From the NCBI GenBank assembly GCA_977020255.1, contig CDROCS010002814.1, positions 124,001 through 188,000 on the forward strand: a stretch of 64,000 bases of DNA, written 5' to 3'. Both the position numbers and the translations under genes were made by a program. The notes under the pieces are model-generated. The model saw nothing but the letters and a program-made list of their open reading frames with translations, was not told the origin of the DNA and did no database searches. This document shows positions 60,486-64,000 of this stretch, piece by piece. Position 1 is the first letter of the stretch. Every line of letters begins with the position of its first letter. The stretch is from Obrimoposthia wandeli (lineage: Eukaryota).

Positions 60486-60992
60486 TTATTGATCCCTAAG
60501 TAGTTTATATATCATAAAAAAATTGGCAGAAAAATAGTAGCCTAAAAACATAGCTAATATTATTAAAAACTATAGCCATAAATTCTAGTGCTAATTGATT
60601 GTTTCGTAATGTATTCAAAGGATTGGCTTAAAATTTAGGGTTGAAGGTGCAGTTGCAAGCAGAGGTTAACAACAAGTGTTGTCATACAATTATTATAGAT
60701 GCATGGATTGCTCTAGTAATCGAACTTAGTGAGTCAGTGCAAATGAAGATGATATATCACTAAACGCATGCACCGCACTATGCTAAGAAGCACCAGCGTC
60801 GCAAACATCTTTCTCAGTTCTTCGTAGCCAAGGGGGCATGATTTTTCGCATTGACAGTGTCTTTTATGTCCATCATTTCTAGTAAGCGGCATGCTTAGAA
60901 GGTTATTGTAGTGGAGTCTTAATCAGCAGCCGTTTATAAATTTAAGTTGATACTAGTACCACTATAACGAGATAAGAGTTGATCTGAGGCAA

Positions 60993-62030
60993 TTGATATT
61001 GGGAATTATGTCTTCTATAATTCATGCACTTATTGAGGATTATTTAGTGGAAGATATACCAGGTTTTGACTCCGATAATTGGTTATTAGATAACCCTAAT
61101 GAATTAATTTCTATTGATAAATGGCAGCAAACGGTCAATTTACTGGCTAAACTGTTTGACGCCCCCGCAGGTTTTTTAGTGCAGCATACTCTTGATGGAT
61201 TTCAAGTCACTATTGCAAGTGAGCAACCCTCAAATCCATATCCGGCTGGCACTTTGATAGAGCCTGAGGCAAACATATTTTGCCGAAAAATAATAGCAAC
61301 AAGAGAACCACTGTATGTCGCAAATGCAGCTATAGATCCCTATTGGGATACAAACCCCGAAGTACAAAATGATGGTTTCGTATCTTATCTAGGTGTTCCA
61401 GTGTTTTGGCCGAATGGAAAACCCTTCGGAACATTTTGTGTAATGGATTATAAGGTGACTCATTACGAGCAAACATATGTTGAGCTTATTCATCAATTGA
61501 AAGATATTTTAGAGTCGGATTTATCACTCATTGAAATGTACCAGCAAGTACAAAAGCTCGCGGTTACTGATCCATTGACCAACATTCTTAATCGTAGGGG
61601 GTTTGAAACTCTCGCACAACAACGAATGCGTTTAGCTAAGCGTATAGATAATAAATTAAGTTTATTTTATTTCGATGTCGACCAATTTAAGCGTATTAAT
61701 GATCAGTATGGGCACACTATAGGCGATGATGTATTGAAAATTGTCGCTCAAGCGCTAGGAGAATCAACTTGTAAAGCTGATATTATTGGCCGTATGGGCG
61801 GAGATGAGTTTGTAGCATTGGTTAGTGCTAAAAATACTGATGAGTCCGATCAAATACTTGGCCGCTTTAATCAAAATATCATCAACCAACAAAAAGGCAT
61901 TAATCTTCCTTTCTTTAGTGTTTCTGCTGGGCATACAACCGTTGACTTAACTTTGGATATAAAAGATATCATTCAAACCGCTGATGAAGCGATGTTAGCT
62001 AACAAAAAACTTGGCCGATATACGTTTTAA
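60993..62030 (+). CDS. GAF-domain diguanylate cyclase
   Basis: GAF (YLGVPVFWPNGKPFGTFCVMD) plus GRMGGDEF; no RxxD I-site; the start may be ATG 61008. Confidence 0.9.
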   Translation: MILGIMSSIIHALIEDYLVEDIPGFDSDNWLLDNPNELISIDKWQQTVNLLAKLFDAPAGFLVQHTLDGFQVTIASEQPSNPYPAGTLIEPEANIFCRKIIATREPLYVANAAIDPYWDTNPEVQNDGFVSYLGVPVFWPNGKPFGTFCVMDYKVTHYEQTYVELIHQLKDILESDLSLIEMYQQVQKLAVTDPLTNILNRRGFETLAQQRMRLAKRIDNKLSLFYFDVDQFKRINDQYGHTIGDDVLKIVAQALGESTCKADIIGRMGGDEFVALVSAKNTDESDQILGRFNQNIINQQKGINLPFFSVSAGHTTVDLTLDIKDIIQTADEAMLANKKLGRYTF

Positions 62031-62358
62031 TTAATAGTTTACATTTGTTAGGCGACAAAGAAGCTAAGATTTTTACGGTGTTTTAGAGCACACAAAAAGG
62101 CACACTCACTAAAATTATTATATGAAAAACGACTAGTGTCTGGTTTAACATTTAGCAACTCAAATTTAATGGATAGTATGCTAGTCATCCTAGGCTTTCG
62201 CTGCCTAGCTTTCAGTATTGCTTGTATAATGCTGTTGCCTTGGCAGCTGCATGTAATTAACAGCTAATAAAAGTGCTGATTGAAGAATTTCATATCAATT
62301 TAAGCGACGGGGCGGTTAACCAGTTTGAAATTAAAATAGTGAACAAGAAGAGCGATCA

Positions 62359-63147
62359 ATGTTTGAGCGATTTCGCAATTGGTTAGAAGATAAACGTGTT
62401 AAAAAAATGGCTTTTACGGCGCAGCAGTGGGAATCCGCTATTGCTGATTGGCCAGTGATGAAGCGTTATCAAGGTGCTGAGCGTGATGCGCTGCGAGATA
62501 TGAGCTTTCGTTTCATTGTACGTAAAACTTTTGCAGCAGGTGGCGATTTTCAATTCACTAATGAAATGTGTCTGAAAATAGCGACTATGGCTTGTGTACC
62601 TATCTTACACCTCGGCTTGGATTGGTATGACCATTGGCAGACCATTATTATTTATGAAGGGGACTTTGTTACTAACCGGCCATATCGTAGTAACGATGGG
62701 GTGGTGCATGTAAAAAGCCCAGGCTTGAGCGGCGAAGCTTGGCTTAGAGGGCCAGTGATTTTTTCTTGGAAATCCGTCTGCGAAAGCGGCGCTCATGTCC
62801 GTCGGGCTATGGCTAGTAATGTAGTGATTCATGAGTTAGCGCATAAACTTGATATGTTGCGTGACGGTGCCAATGGTGCACCACCCATGCATCCTGGAAT
62901 GCGTTCGGGTGAATGGCATGATATTTTTAGTGCTGCGTGGGAACGATTACAGCATGACTTAGATAAGCACCGTCTGTTACCTCTGGATGGTTATGCGTTA
63001 ACTAATCCTGCAGAATTCTTTGCGGTGTGCAGTGAAACGTTTTTTGAAGACCCACAAAAAATGGAAAAACACCTGCCAGAGGTGTATCGGCTACTGTGTC
63101 AGTTCTATCGTCAACAACCACTTACTTCATCCATAGAGGCAAATTAA
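62359..63147 (+). CDS. mtfA: MtfA-family zinc metallopeptidase (M90)
   Basis: NVVIHELAHKLD, YALTNPAEFFAV.SE.FFE.P. Confidence 0.88.
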   Translation: MFERFRNWLEDKRVKKMAFTAQQWESAIADWPVMKRYQGAERDALRDMSFRFIVRKTFAAGGDFQFTNEMCLKIATMACVPILHLGLDWYDHWQTIIIYEGDFVTNRPYRSNDGVVHVKSPGLSGEAWLRGPVIFSWKSVCESGAHVRRAMASNVVIHELAHKLDMLRDGANGAPPMHPGMRSGEWHDIFSAAWERLQHDLDKHRLLPLDGYALTNPAEFFAVCSETFFEDPQKMEKHLPEVYRLLCQFYRQQPLTSSIEAN

Positions 63148-63239
63148 GAGTAAGTTTGCAGTGAAGCAGAATAATTTACATTTAGTTATAAAAATGAAGT
63201 CCTGCTTTGTCACATCGAGTTATATACCGCATGGCAGTG

Positions 63240-64000
63240 TTGCCAATTAGCCAGCCAAAGCGGAAATTCATCCTTCGGCATTGCTTGCAATGCCGAGATA
63301 TGATAATAATAGCTCACCATGAGCGATACAATGACTAACTGAAGTCATCATCAGAATCGTGGGGTGAAAGATTCTATTTTTAAGCCGTCGGTAAGCGCTT
63401 GCCAAAATCATCAATTGAAAACTTAACACCTAAGTCGTGGCATTGACTTATTACCTTTGAAACTTGTTTTTATTTCAGTGCACCATGTTTCAATCAGAAT
63501 TTTTGAAAATGTATCATTGAATGCTGTTTGTAGAGGGCTTATTAACCAATAGGTATATCGCCATTTCTGAAAGACGAAAGCTGATCTAATGCGCTTTTGA
63601 TTACCCATTCGCCAACTTTAGAGTCTTGTTCAATAATAGATCTTAAAGCAACCAATGACTTGATTGGTTTTTATGTTGATCTTGGGTTGGTAGTAGAGTA
63701 CAAATTCATTGTTTTTTAAAGCGCTGCGAATGCTTTCGAGTTCTTCGTGTTGGTTCTTTAGTGCATTATCTTTAGCTACATCAAAAAGATGAAAACAATT
63801 TTTTCCCGATTGTTTCGCTATGTACATAGCTTGGTCAGCATGTCGTATTAGTTGATCTGAGTTACTATTATCTTGAGGATAAATGGTTACCCCAATACTT
63901 GCTGATACTTGAATCGCTTTATTCTCAAGCATATGGGATGCACTCAGTAATTCATCGAACACGAACTCATCGCCACCAAATGTCAGCACCATCTCAAACT
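63240..64000 (-). pseudogene. Degraded GGDEF-EAL gene (runs off the window)
   Basis: GGDEF, ASIGVTIYP, ADQAMY.AK and LYYQPK are present; the EAL motif is missing; downstream frames give SIDDFG and MPKDEFPLWLANWQ amid stops. Confidence 0.8.

Noticed and set aside
66-63608. Numerous 60-150 aa ORFs antisense to or nested in confident genes (e.g. 8458-8676, 22896-23357, 35538-35882, 50616-50933)
   Set aside because: Shadow ORFs of real coding sequences with no independent evidence.

Overview
A 64-kb chromosomal window from an AT-rich, probably marine gammaproteobacterium (taxonomy inferred from gene content and the uvrC-pgsA-tRNA Gly/Cys/Leu order). Core and metabolic genes: TPP riboswitch-controlled thiO-thiS-thiG-thiE, plsC, dcyD, uvrC, pgsA, three tRNAs, paaABCDE plus a FadB/J-like enzyme, an MCP, bluB, an etfB-etfA-purU-GcvT/DAO dehydrogenase operon, adhP, a DEAD-box helicase, fnr, mtfA and three intact diguanylate cyclases. 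The best candidate for an undescribed system is a translationally coupled three-gene operon (28049-32069, minus strand): MMPL/RND exporter, ferritin-like diiron-carboxylate protein and KAS III (FabH-like) condensing enzyme. Other observations that the ORF track does not show: a 4.8-kb eroded prophage/island in tRNA-Cys with att repeats, arm-like repeats, a truncated integrase, an endolysin relic and an intact cargo DGC; two copies of a ~150-bp MITE with TIRs and 9-bp target duplications; a sigma28 promoter on a DUF5610 gene; FNR boxes; a G-quadruplex-prone tract; two heptamer tandem arrays; and many gene relics (glycyl-radical enzyme, ABC ATPase, IS3, IS200/605, GGDEF-EAL). All family calls come from motif recognition by eye; no database searches were run. 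No CRISPR array or rRNA was seen.
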